A stretch of DNA of 63,268 nucleotides, filler included, from Intoshia linei (Eukaryota > Animalia > Orthonectida), in NCBI GenBank assembly GCA_001642005.1. It is 10 parts of 10 records of this genome, joined end to end, with 100 filler letters (N's around TTAATTAATTAA, not from the genome) between each part and the next. Parts side by side here need not be neighbours in the genome. Positions count along the whole stretch, not along the records: positions 1 to 7,818 come from LWCA01001519.1; positions 7,919 to 20,549 come from LWCA01001064.1; 8 more parts are not named here. The stretch is one strand, 5' to 3'. A model generated the notes under the pieces. The model saw only the letters and a list, made by a program, of their open reading frames with translations. It was not told the DNA's origin and did no database searches. Shown here one piece after another: positions 1-12,400 of the stretch. How positions within the stretch are numbered: the stretch's first letter is position 1; each line of letters begins with the position of its first letter. The position numbers and the translations under genes were made by a program.

Positions 1-492
1 GGGGGGTTCTGTTCAAAAAAAATATTAAAACCTTATTTGAAAGTATGGTTAAAAAAAAATCTTAAAAACCCTCTTGAAAGTTTGTTTAATGAAAAATTTC
101 CAAAAAAATACCCTTAACCCTTATACTGTCTGTGTATTTTATGATATACACAGCATAATTTTGAAAAACTTTATTCTTTTATTTTCATACATTTTCACAT
201 AGGTAATTTAAAAATAATACAAGTTTAAATTAAAAAATAAATTCCAGACGTGTTTGTGTGATAGTACATAAAATTGCATCAGACAGTGAAAGGGTTAAAG
301 TTCTGTTCAAAAAAATTCCTAAAAACCCCCCTTCAAATTTGGTTCAAAAAAACTTTTACAACCCAAAATTAAACTAAAATTAAAATATAAATGAAAATGT
401 TAAACATTCTACGACTTATCCATGAAATGTACATATTCTACGACTGGCCCATATAATGTGTACATTTCACAGTTTTACACATTCTATACGAC
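1..492. repeat. Degenerate ~38-bp tandem repeat (GTTC-A(n)-...-AAAACCC...) plus ACATTCTACGAC repeats, probably the end of a non-autonomous DNA transposon abutting a TA run
   Basis: Repeated gttcaaaaaaa...aaaaccc units at 1-115 and 299-365; acattctacgac-like motif three times in 404-492, followed by a TA-rich tract. Confidence 0.5.
118..294. mobile_element. piggyBac-like MITE
   Basis: TTAA at 114-117 and 295-298; imperfect TIR CCCTTATACTGTCTG / CAGACAGTGAAAGGG extending ~35 bp. Confidence 0.8.
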
Positions 493-523
493 ATATAATA
501 TATATATATTGTATATATTATAC

Positions 524-1692
524 CTTAAATAATCTAAAAATAATTGGATTAATAGATATGTCCCATTTAGAATACTCTTCAAATGAATCTTTCATAGATT
601 GTTTAAAATCTTAATTCTTTATAAAATTGTAATGATGATAAAAAATACAATTCAAATAAACCAATTTTACATGACTCGTTCTTGAAGGTTCATTATTTAA
701 TAAGTATTCAACTAGTAAGGGTAAATTGTTACTCTAAATAAATACATAAATTATCAATTTACGAAAAGTAAAGGTCTATCTAAAATTTGATACAAACCTT
801 GATTGCCTTGTGAATATAAATTGCATCGTTTCTGTATTCATTATCAAGCCAATATCGAATTAAAGGAAGGTAAATTTTATCCATAGAGTTTCTCAAAGTA
901 TAATACAGATTCTAAAAAACTGTATATTAAATTTTGAAAAATATCATACCACATTATAAATCTCTTCATACGTATGCCCAATCATCAAACATATACTTTT
1001 TTCACATTTTACAAATGTAGCTGCAAATGCACTGTCGGGGTTCACTATAAATGTAAAATAAAATGATAAATATTTTTTTAAAGTGTTTAGATTCTCATAT
1101 TTTTATTGAGACATCAAGTTCAGTTTTAATGAATAGAAATTTTACCAAATTTTTTAGCAAGACGAAACAAAATTTTTGCATATTTTTCAATAATATTTTT
1201 GGCCATTAATGGATCTTCTTGGATTAAATCATTCTAACAATTTAATTTTTTTATGATTTAGATTACAATAATTATTTTAATATACGTACGTGTATTTATA
1301 ATATTATATTATACGTATATATTTACAATTTGTATATTCCATAAATAATCCTTTGAGTTTATCTACATTTTCTAGTAATTTTATGTATTTAATTTAAGTG
1401 AACCATATCATCGTTTATTTCATTCAATTTGTGAAACTTTTGTATTCTATTGACGTACATTTTATGCTGTTTATATTCTTTAGCCTTAATTTATTATAAT
1501 TTTATATAAAATTGTATATAATAATATTGCCAATATATTCAAATTTTTTAAATTTATATCGAATAATAAAAGTAATGATTTAAACCAGGTCATTCTTTGA
1601 ATAATTTCCTCGTATGGATTGGATCCGGACGGCCAATTTTAAATTTTTTTTGGTCAATATTTCACTTTTTTTATCATTTGATAATTGCTCTC
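524..1692 (-). CDS. Uncharacterised multi-exon gene (partial), weakly RGS-domain-like
   Basis: GT-AG bounded open exons, e.g. NDLIQEDPLMAKNIIEKYAKILFRLAKKF|VNPDSAFAATFVKCEKSICLMIGHTYEEIYNV|NLYYTLRNSMDKIYLPLIRYWLDNEYRNDAIYIHKAIK; the RGS resemblance is by eye only. Confidence 0.6.
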
Positions 1693-1788
1693 TAAATATT
1701 ATTATTTCACCGTATAGAAATTTATTATAATAATAAATGTATTCCATTTATGTATTTTGCATATTTTGGAAATATTTATTGAATAGAT

Positions 1789-2357
1789 CAGTTATTCTCA
1801 ACCCGTGTTCCGCGAAATTTAATTGGGGTTCCGTGAAATATAAATGCAATATTTTTGAATTTAAAGAATGAATGAATGAATTTAAAGTTTTTCTAAATTA
1901 CTGTTGTATGCAATGAAACATCATTTCTCAAATTTAAATCAAATAAGTTTTAATAAAAGTATTATACGTTGTGAGTATGGGAATCTGAAAAATGATGTTA
2001 AAAAGTAATAATAATTCAGATTATCTTTATGAGAAATATTGTAAATAAGGTGGGTTTTTACTGGTCCAACATTCTTGAAATAATTTAAATAAGTTACTTA
2101 CCTCTTTATAATGATATGTAACTAAAAAGTTATCTTTCACGGGCTTGAATGCTTCTTCATTCGTTCTGTTGTGTTCGTTGTGTGAGGGAGGCAACTGGTT
2201 TAACTGGTTAAATTGCGTGTGTTATTAATTTTTTAATTAAAAATCAAATTGTTTTATATATGCGACATGCGAAAAAAAATTTTAATCATGCTTTAGGTGC
2301 CGCGATTTTCGAAATTTTATAAGGGTTCCGCGTAGTAAAAACGGTTGAGAAACACTG
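1789..2357. mobile_element. hAT (Buster/Charlie-type) MITE
   Basis: TIR CAGTTATTCTCAACC / GGTTGAGAAACACTG; perfect 8-bp TSD GAATAGAT at 1781-1788 and 2358-2365. Confidence 0.9.
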
Positions 2358-2596
2358 GAATAGATTAACTGTAAAGTACAAACTGTAATGTTTTCGAGAT
2401 ATTAGTTTCGGTTATGTGGTATATATTTAAGCTAAATGAAATGATGTGTAATCCGGGCCTTGGAGGGGGTTATGGCGATTTGATGAGCTACTATTAGAAA
2501 TTATTATGTGATGTTATAAAAAGTTTTACTCCACCAGGTGAACGTTAAAAAATTGGCTACGGATGTATTAAATAATGGATAATGAGTCCTTGTTAA

Positions 2597-2899
2597 CTCT
2601 TTGAGGGTCCGTATGGATAATATCAATAAATGATGAAACCCCAAAAGCCTGTGCAATAGATAATATCGACAAATTTGAATATCACAAAAACCTGTGATAT
2701 AGTTAAATATTTAAGTAAACAATCTAAAATGTATTGGCTTCTAATTTCTTCTGTAATTTAGCCTTAATACATTAAAGTACCTAGAAAGCATACATTACTG
2801 AAAAATGACGTGGTGTAATAAATAAAATGAAATTCCACATAGCTTGTTTTAAATTTTAGAACAAATCTTATTTTAAAATAACGAATATTCCTCAAAGCG
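2597..2899. mobile_element. piggyBac-like MITE
   Basis: TTAA flanks at 2593-2596 and 2900-2903; TIR CTCTTTGAGG / CCTCAAAGCG; internal GATAATATC repeats. Confidence 0.65.
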
Positions 2900-3349
2900 T
2901 TAAGGGCTCAAATTTTTAATGTGCATATATGGGTCTACAATTTTCATTTGGTCTGAGTCATTTACTATATATAGCACTGAGATTAATTTCCATGTAATAC
3001 TTAATATATGATATGAAATTTTAAAATTTACTTTTTTTTTATTGGGATATGTTTATCTCTATTTGGAATATATGAATGTTTAATTTTTTGAATTCTTTCA
3101 ATTTCATTATATATTTTGGTGTTGTCACTAATTATTTGTTCTTGTCTCAAATATTCGTTCTAAAAGTTTATTATATAATAATAATAATTAATTTATTAGT
3201 AACCATTTTTGTTTTCAATTTAAATCGTATATGTGGGAAAAAACTTGGATTTTCTATTACAAATGTTGGTTCAATTAAGGCCAACTAAAAATATCATATG
3301 AAGGGATAATACAATTATATAATTAATGTATTGCCGCTAAGATATATAT

Positions 3350-4240
3350 AAGCCATTCTCTGTTATAAATTAACAAAACGATAAATTTCACTTATGTGCT
3401 ACCATATTTATTTTTACGTTTTTTGTTATATTGATTTATATATTTTTATGATATTACAAAATTATTATAAAAAATCTAATATTAAGGCTCTATTAAGAAA
3501 TTATGACATAATTTCTTAGAACAAATTATATTTTAAAATACATTCTCAAAAAGAATGCCTCATAACTACGCCAATGTTGACTACGAAAATCATAACACTG
3601 CATGGTAATGTTGAGAAAATTAAAATCTATCGGATGTGCGTAAAAATAATGTGGTTAGAATTTAAAAACATGAGTTAATTATTAAAATGTATAATTATTT
3701 GTGTTAATTAGAATTATATAATTATAATTATATTAATGTTAATTAAAGTATTAATTTTTCAGAACATAGAGGTGAACAATCGTTTTGTGGTTATAATTTA
3801 CACTTTATTAATACCATAAATGTATAACGTATATAATAACTTAAATTCGTAACACCGTAAAATTTTATGCGTATTTTAAACTGAATTTATGGTCTAATTA
3901 CAAGAATAGATTTTTTTAAATTTCAGAAATAACTGTTAACTATTTTTTTATCTCATTATTCAATCTATTACAAAGCCTCAATTAATTAAATATTCAAAAG
4001 AATCATCACAAAAACTGATGTTCAAATTTTTTCATATTTTTGCGCGTAACACTGTAACAAAGTTTAATTATAAATGTACGTTTTAGTATTTACTTCTATG
4101 TAAAATAGTGCAAATAACCATGTTACACGCTGTCATACGCGCATTTTAAGTCTATCTATGAGTTTTAAATATCTTGGATATTATTTCCTTTAGGTCACTT
4201 GAATTGAAATATTTATATTTTATTTGCTAGAGAATGGCTC
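3350..4240. mobile_element. Putative Sola-like non-autonomous element
   Basis: Inverted repeat AGCCATTCTCT / AGAGAATGGCT(C) with ATAT on both flanks (4-bp AWWT TSD); internal GTAACAC repeats. Confidence 0.4.
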
Positions 4241-4379
4241 ATATAATATTTGATAGCGAATTTTAAATTTTAATTGTAATACTCGTTCTTTATTCTTTCT
4301 TTGCGCATCTTTAATCCATTTTCTAAAATTCTCAAATAAAAACATTTCATTTTATAAATATTCCAGGTGGTAATTAGTG

Positions 4380-5822
4380 CACAGCCTGTCTGAATAAATT
4401 TTAGATGAAAAAAATTGTAGGTCTACAAATTATACATTTTCTGAACCGGTACACTTTCTAAAGTATTTTTAAAAAAAATTAAAAAAATTCTTAGTTTGCT
4501 TTTTTTTAAATACAAGAAATGTTAATTTTATGTAAAATTGGAAATTTCAATGCAAAAAATTATTTAAATTTTCATTTTGTTAACATTTTATACTGAATAT
4601 AATTTTTATTTACTGTTAAATTTTAAATTTAAAGCTTTTGATAGAAACTTCATTAAAATTTAAATTTTCAAATTTGAAATTCAAAAAACTATTCATCCCA
4701 TTTTTTTGCACATTCTTGTATTTTTTGTATTGTATTTACTATGCTTCAGTAAAACTAAAAAAATGGAGTTGTGTTATCAGAATGTATGGGATTTAATTGA
4801 GAAATATTTTGTAAAATGTTTGGATAAAAATGATCATAGACTTCCATCTGCGACTTGTGATAATTGTATGGTTATTGTGTATGAATATGGAAGAGGTATT
4901 TTCGAGAGAAAAATTAAATTATTTAACTATTCAAAAGTTTTTCATGTAATCACAAGGCAATACTCTTTGGGAAAGTCTTGTTTGTGTATTGTTTGCTCAC
5001 TGGGATCTTCAGTAGTACACAATAATTTCGAAATCGGAAAGGCTACTATTTCAAAACGTAGTTCTGTTGGTGGACCAAAAAAGTTACCTGACATTGAAGA
5101 ATCTTTAGAATTGTTAAGTTCATTTCCAAAATTCTTTAACACACCTATGCCAATGACAGTATGTAGTTTTAATTTATGTATATTAGCTAGAGGAAAATCG
5201 CATTCCTGCACAAAATCGATGCGTCACGAACATAAAAGAACTTGTTTTTAATGGGAATGACTGTAAAAAGCTATTACAACACACACATTTATTGATTGAT
5301 AAACTGCACTGTCTATACCCTGAATTTGTCACCGCATTAAATGATTTCAATGCTGTTGTAAATTCATGTTTGAGAAAACTTTGAAATGAAATTATAAACA
5401 AGTGATAAGTAATTTTAGTAAGTTTTTGCAAGCTTAACATAAGAATAACTCCAAAACTCCACGCTATTTTTTTCCATATCTCTGATTTTTGTGAGGAAAA
5501 TAAATCAGCACTTAGTATATGGTCTGAACAAGCCTCAGAATCTGTGCATGCAAATTTTAAAAAAACCTGGGCTAAGTATGCTGTAACAGAAGTTAATAAA
5601 GACGAGTATGGTCAACAATTGTTAAAAGCTATACAATATTATGCAAGCAAGCACATTTGAAAATTCATTATTATTTTATTAAATTTCTATACATTCAAGT
5701 TTGTCATAAATTTTTCAAAATGTTGAACTATGATTCATTTTCAATATTTCAATGAAAATAATTATATTCAGTATAAAATGTTAAAAAAATGAAATTCTAA
5801 AATTTATTCAGACAGGACTGTG
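4380..5822 (+). mobile_element. Chapaev-type (RAG1/Transib-related) DNA transposon, internally deleted
   Basis: TIR CACAG(T)CCTGTCTGAATAAATTTTAGA at both ends; 4-bp TSD AGTG at 4376-4379 and 5823-5826; transposase remnant inside. Confidence 0.85.
4706..5660 (+). pseudogene. Chapaev-like transposase remnant: N-terminal Cys-rich (Chapa-like) region joined out of frame to the C-terminal part
   Basis: LPSATCDNC...CLCIVC in ORF 4706-5251; in shifted frames FNGNDCKKLL (from 5247), ITPKLHAIFFH, WSEQASESVH, stop at 5658-5660; central DD region absent. Confidence 0.8.
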
Positions 5823-7818
5823 AGTGTTTACAACCGGTTTCGAAAACCGGTTATGACCATACGTAACTTGCTTTTTGTAAATTTATTATCTCAAATTGAA
5901 ATGACCTTTTTTCGAAAGTTGGTAAGTCATGTAAAATGTTTAAATAGTCTCCTGTGAAAAATAAAAAATTACAGAAGAATAAATGTAAAAAATAGCCAAA
6001 GCAATTAAGTTGCTTATCGGCAAAGACTCATAGCTAAAGTTTTGATTTGGTGGTACAAAGGTTTTGTAAATTAACAATTAGTTAGAAAAAATAGAAATAG
6101 TAACAATTTTCAAATTTTACCACACGCATAGTGTTAATGTTAATTTCAATAAGTGGAGCTTATTATAATAACTATAATTATAATTATAGTGACAATAAAA
6201 TACATATTTCTGATGCGAACTCTACGAGTACCATTAGTGATCAAATAAATCTTAAAAATAAGTGATATAGTCATAATATTTCGGTAACGTTTTTTAGTTA
6301 CGAAAAATATAACGTGAAAATAACCCTTTTTTTATGTAATTGGTGCTTGTTTTCAGTTATTCTGTCTAAATTTGGGTAAGAATATTATTTATTAACTGTT
6401 TGTTTTTTATTGTCTTAACACAGTAACTCCATTATTGTAATTTATAATATTTAAAAGTGCAGTATTATAATACTATAAATTGAATGAAAAATAATTTGTG
6501 ACTGAGCCAACTTTCTAATCATAAAACAAAAGCTTTAAATTTCAATTTTAAAAGGGGACAAAAATTCTATAAATATTGATGGTTTTCTGAAATGTGAACC
6601 AATGGATATATAATATTAATTTTTCCCAGGAATGATAGATAATTATATATATTATGACAATAATATAAATTTTTATTGATCTCATATTTAAACACATATT
6701 TAATACACTGTAACTATTTAAGAAAGTAAAATTTACACCAATACTTTTTATCAATATTTTGTAGGTGATATTACCGTCACGCATGCGAATTGTACTATTT
6801 TTCTTCAAATGTCGTCAATTTGACAAATATTAATATAAACAAATATAGCTTATAGATAAACTCAGCATATAATATAATATTTACAATAATAACTAAAAAT
6901 TTACTTTTCAAGGTGTAAATTGCAAGCTTTAAATGGTTGAAAGCTCATTTGTTGAAATTTCTTTTTACAGCATAAAGATGTATTTTTGGAGAAAACGTAT
7001 TTTAATATTTAAAATGTGTTCATTTCATTATAAATGTATTAAAATAATTTTAAATTTTTTATTAGCCACTGTTTATTTATAAAAATTTCAAGTTTTAGTA
7101 ATTAAGACATTAAAACAAGGTCAATGAGAAATTTAATAAATATTTATAATTTAATTTTATGCAAACATTATATAATTATAAACGTAAATAGCAACAAATT
7201 GATCTCATTTATGATATACTAAATAGAGAACATTAGTGACCAAGTCATTGTTTCAAAAGTTGATATAATTTGAAAAGCAGAATAAATTCAATCTTTCAAT
7301 ATAAAATTTCTACTTTTCAAAATAGATTCATTCCAAAAAATAATATAAATATACACTTAATGTACTTAAATATGATTAAATTTAGTGTTTTTTTTAATTG
7401 ACATTATTTTTTCATTATTTTATACTTTTGCTGCGCTTTATTATACAAAATTACTATGTACTAGTGGTACTTTCTTTGGAAGTTCAGCCTTTTCAGATCT
7501 AAAATTATTCATGAGTTAGGGCGACATATTTTGTATTTTTAAAATGTTTTTATTTCCATATCTATTATTATGAAATATTAGTTTATATCTGTGTAATAGT
7601 GTTGTTATTACTTAGATTAGTGTATTTACTGATTTATCAGTGATAAGTAGAGTCGACAAATGCAATTTTTTATGATACTAAAAAATTTCTAGCACTAAAG
7701 TTACTACACAACAAGAAGACAACAATTAATGCAAAATTCATTAAATTTATTTGAATTGAAAATAAAATAGTCATTAAAATATTAATTAATAATATTAATC
7801 ATTAATTATGTGACATTA

Positions 7819-7918
7819 NNNNNNNNNNNNNNNNNNNNNNNNNNNNNNNNNNNNNNNNNNNNTTAATTAATTAANNNNNNNNNNNNNNNNNNNNNNNNNN
7901 NNNNNNNNNNNNNNNNNN
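7819..7918. other. Artificial scaffold gap spacer; identical spacers at 20550-20649, 30028-30127, 32770-32869, 40127-40226, 49328-49427, 56884-56983, 58300-58399, 61953-62052
   Basis: N44-TTAATTAATTAA-N44, 100 bp each, giving stops in all six frames. Confidence 0.97.
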
Positions 7919-9434
7919 AAATTTACTATACAAAATAAATTAAATTTTGCTCATTATTCATATTTTGAAGTGTTTTGCTCCAAGTTTTTTTTTAACTTTT
8001 TTATATAATTTTTTGATAATTGTGTATCATTCAACTCCATTTTCCACGTATGGGGTGACACTTTTGTATTTTGGCAAAAAAGTGAAAAAATTCACACCCT
8101 AATATACACGTATGTACATCTGTAGTGCATAAAGTTTCACTTTATGATACAAGTTTTGTTATAATGCATGAAGCCGAAGGTGGGTACATCGATGAATCGC
8201 GATATGAAGTTGTAATCCTTAAGAAAGCTATATGCAGTTCCAAATTATGATGCATATTCTTGTTACAAAGAAATAGCAAAGTACTTTTTTAAGAAAAACT
8301 TGTTTCTAATTTATCGAGAAATTGCTAGAAATTTGAACAACGGTATATGAAGCTATCAGGATATAAAAAACATTTCAGTTTTATTTTTGATGCTTTGATT
8401 ACAATGAATCCAACATCTATATAAAATGAAAGCAATTATTCAATTTATTTCATTCATGTCGAGGAGGAGAAAATCATTATCTCATTAATCATTAAATAAT
8501 TTATATTTTAACTATATATTGTAATATTTTTAAAATATGTTTCGTATTCTTCTCCCATTTTAGACATTTTTATTAATATTTTGAAGTTATCAATCAATTC
8601 ATTACAGATGTTAATCCTTCATTGTTTCAAAAATATTGACATTTTTGGTTATTCAAAATTTTATTGTATTACTAAAAATATGAATTAATTTTTTTTCAAA
8701 ATTTCTCGAGAAATTTCTAGCACTTTGAAAATTTATATAATATAATAGCGTTGACGAAAATGTCATGTAATGCTAGTTTAATTTGATAGTGATTGTTGAA
8801 AAAAGTGTCAGTAAAAAGGATTCCCTAATATAAAAAAGGTTTCCTGGTATAAAGTATTATTATCAAAATATATTACACTAGAAGACAAATCAGAACCTTT
8901 TTTCGATATCCCTGAATCTGACTAAATGTAAATGTAGCCTGATCGGGTGGGCATACACATAATCTTTTATTTGTTTTCAAACAGTTCAAACAGTTCGTTG
9001 AAGGAAGATATAGGTCAAATAGTTTGCCACGTATCTATGGAAAAAAATAATATCTCAAAAAAGGAAATATTTAATTGTGATTTAGAATGGTTCCTGATTA
9101 AATATTTTTTTCAAATGACATGAATAGATTAGTTTGATGTACTTTGATTGGTACCCATTTTAAAATATAAATAAGATTTTTTAATAGATACAGGGATTTC
9201 CACCAAAGTCTAGGTCCCCTAAAATATTGTTATTGTCCGACATTCCTGAATCCAACCTCTGGCAGATGAGAAGTGAACCTTTAAAAAAAAAATTTATTAA
9301 GTGGTATCATAAACAGTTCATTAAATATTTGTAATTAGTAAATTAAAGTTTAGAGGATTGAATTTAACAAGTTTTTGTTAAAATTTGTCAATAATTATTG
9401 ATGATAAATGTTAATAATAAAATATTTTTCTTAG

Positions 9435-12400
9435 AATAATTGTGATTGTGGAACTATTGAGATATACATACGATTATCTGACCTATCTGATATTAATCTT
9501 ACGGAATTTGACAAAGCTTCATCTAAAAATGAATCAATTTATATTGATAACCGGAATAACGATACACAAGTAATTTTATAGTAAAAATCATAAAAATGAC
9601 TTTATTTTAGTTGAACTGTGATCAAGTCATAGCTGTGTCTCCAAAAGGTAATATAATACAGTAAGCACAGATTAAGTGGACCAATTTTTGGAAAATGTGC
9701 TTTTAGAAACTGCTCCATGTTGTTATTAACCTTTTTTATACGTATAAACATGTATGTTACCGTGGGTTTATAGTTTCAGTCATTTTGAAGAAGATGCAAA
9801 AAAAGTGGTCCATGTGGACCTCTTTGGAATCGCTACCTTAGACTAAGGTCCAAAAAATTTAAATAAATTTTTGATTTTGGTGAAATATTTAAGTTAATTC
9901 TTTATTCATGTTTTTGGATTTTTTAACGAAGAAGAGACCTACTAAACTCCAAGTCACCTGAAAATGATGGGTAGTTTAGCATATATTTGATATAGCCCTA
10001 TCCAAGACTCTTGACTTGAAATTTTAAATTTAATTAAAAAAATTTTATGATATTCAACAATATAATTTTTTTAATGTTTAATTTGTATAAATTAGCCTAT
10101 TTTACAAAGATTTTGTTCAGTCCTTTCACTCGAATGATATCCCGGGTACGGTAGATTCTGCACTTTTGGAAGGGTTTGGTAAAAGGGGATTGTTTCCTTC
10201 AGGGTTGGTAAAATTAATTTGGTTTTGGGTTTGATCCAGGGCGGTGGAAATCCAGCAGTAGACTCGAGTCTTGTTGTCGAGATGGAAATTGTATACTGCT
10301 TTTTTGTCCATAGTAAATTTATTCGCTTAATCTTTTGCTGCTGTATATTGTATAATATTATTATTAATGTAATATATTTTGTTTAGTTCCTTCATTGTCT
10401 ATTCATAGTGAAATACCTAGTCAAGATTTACTGGGAAATTTTGACCGACACAGTAAAATATCAATTAGTTCTGAAAAGAATAAAAAAGGTAAATTCAAAA
10501 TATGAATAATGAAATGAAATTAAATAATGCAGATTTAAAATATTCAATATGTTAAAATTACATTAATAAATTATCATAATGTATACATTTAGCTTATATA
10601 ATGACAAAATCGATAAGTTCAGATTTTAAAGTACAATACAATCATGCTGAATCAAAAAATGAATCAGTGACGAATAAATCATATCGAAATGAATCAGATT
10701 CGCATGGAGAAGTTGAAATTGAAACCTTTGATAATGTGATGAAAAATAATAATGAAAAAGATTTGTTACACAAGTTAGGATCCTATTCTGTGGATGAATT
10801 AAATAAAAAAAGAATTGATAGTGACAAAAATAGCTTTTTGAGTGAAAGATCTCATAATAAATCTAAATTATCAAATACAATCGTACCACCAACTAAAAGT
10901 TTGTCAAAACCATCAAAAGTATATTCTAATGTTTCCAACGAAAATGACAATATATCTGCCAAATCTAGGACTACCAGTGAAAATCAATCTGAAAAATCTG
11001 TATCTAAAATAAGCAAATTATCTGGTTATAAATCTGATATTAAAGATAAGAAGTCCACACCTAATATGTCTAATAAGTCTGATAAATCTGTTAAATCTAC
11101 TAAATCTGTAATTGACGTAAAAAAAACACATCAAATTTCCGATAATACTGTTGACAATATTAATAATAAGGATGAAAACGGAAGTGAAATTTCTGAATAT
11201 TCAGAAACCAAATCTAAATCTAAATCTAAATCTAAAACCAATTCTAAATATTCTGATAAAAACAGTGTAAATAAATCAAAAATTAGCATTGATGTTAACG
11301 ATGCTGATGATGTTGAAAATAAAAATTATGCTAAATCAAATATTTCTACTAGAACCAGATCTATTCATAGTTCCAGAGAATCTATATCTTCCATCGAAAA
11401 AACGACTGAAATAACTGAATCTCCTTTGAATGTGTCTCCAAGAATTAACAGAAGAGTAATTTTTTTTTTTAAAAAGTTGCAACCTTTAATTTTCAGAAAA
11501 CGTTACAGCCAAGTTCTGGAAATATTACGCCATCCTCTGAAGATGAAAATTTGGTAATTGATTTAAATTTAATCATATTATTTTTATCATTTTTTTTATT
11601 ATAGAATATACACATTGTTATTCATCGACTTGTCATTTCACCAGATTCCTATATTATGCAGAATGCAAAAATTAAAAATGTATTTGTTTGCTATGATTTA
11701 CTTGATGTTTTATCTGAAGAAACTGAAACTGATTTAACTCTTACTAAATCTTCTGATAATGCAATGATTTACAATTTTGATAAAAGTAAGTTCATTTGGC
11801 TTAACATTGGGGTGAACATATCTTTCAAACTATTGCTCTAGGCCTAGAGTCTAGGGCATGCAAAACCTTTAAAATTTAAAATTATTTAATTTTTGCAATA
11901 ATTAATTAATTAATTGTAATATATGTTTTTCATTTTATTTTCTGTAGAACAAATTGATAATTTGATTTTTTTATACATACGCAGGTGTATCCCAATATTT
12001 AGATTTAGAGATTTAGATTACTCAGTATTGATATAACTTAAAATAAAACGTACGATATAAAATTATGTATTAATTTAGAATACACTTACAATCAAAATGA
12101 TCTAGAAAACAAAAAAAAACTTTACAACATGATATTTGTTGAAAATAAAATGTAAGTATTCAACTATATTACTAACCTACAATGTATGTGTCCTCAAGTA
12201 CTGTTTTTAATTAATGGCTGCCATAAGTGTACACTGTACACGCAAAATAGGGGTGTCCAATTATACCATTTTTTTGAAAAACAAAAATTACACTCATTTA
12301 CAATAACGAAAAAAATTATTCAAAAAGGATTCAAAAAACCCTCGGGCAAAGCATTTCAAATTTTGAATATAATATTATTTCATATAGAAAATTTCAGTTT

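Noticed and set aside
3076-3288. Short hydrophobic ORFs in the track (also 6548, 14161, 16017, 41610, 44415, 48449, 54138, 61420, 62506)
   Set aside because: F/I/L/N/K-rich by-products of AT-rich DNA, or antisense shadows of real exons
6903-6945. Possible first exon (MSFQPFKACNLHLE) of the minus-strand gene at 0.5-1.7 kb
   Set aside because: Too short to distinguish from chance without transcripts
7819-7918. Recurrent TTAATTAATTAA palindromes as a biological repeat or CRISPR-like array
   Set aside because: Always centred in identical 100-bp N blocks; an assembly linker with six-frame stops
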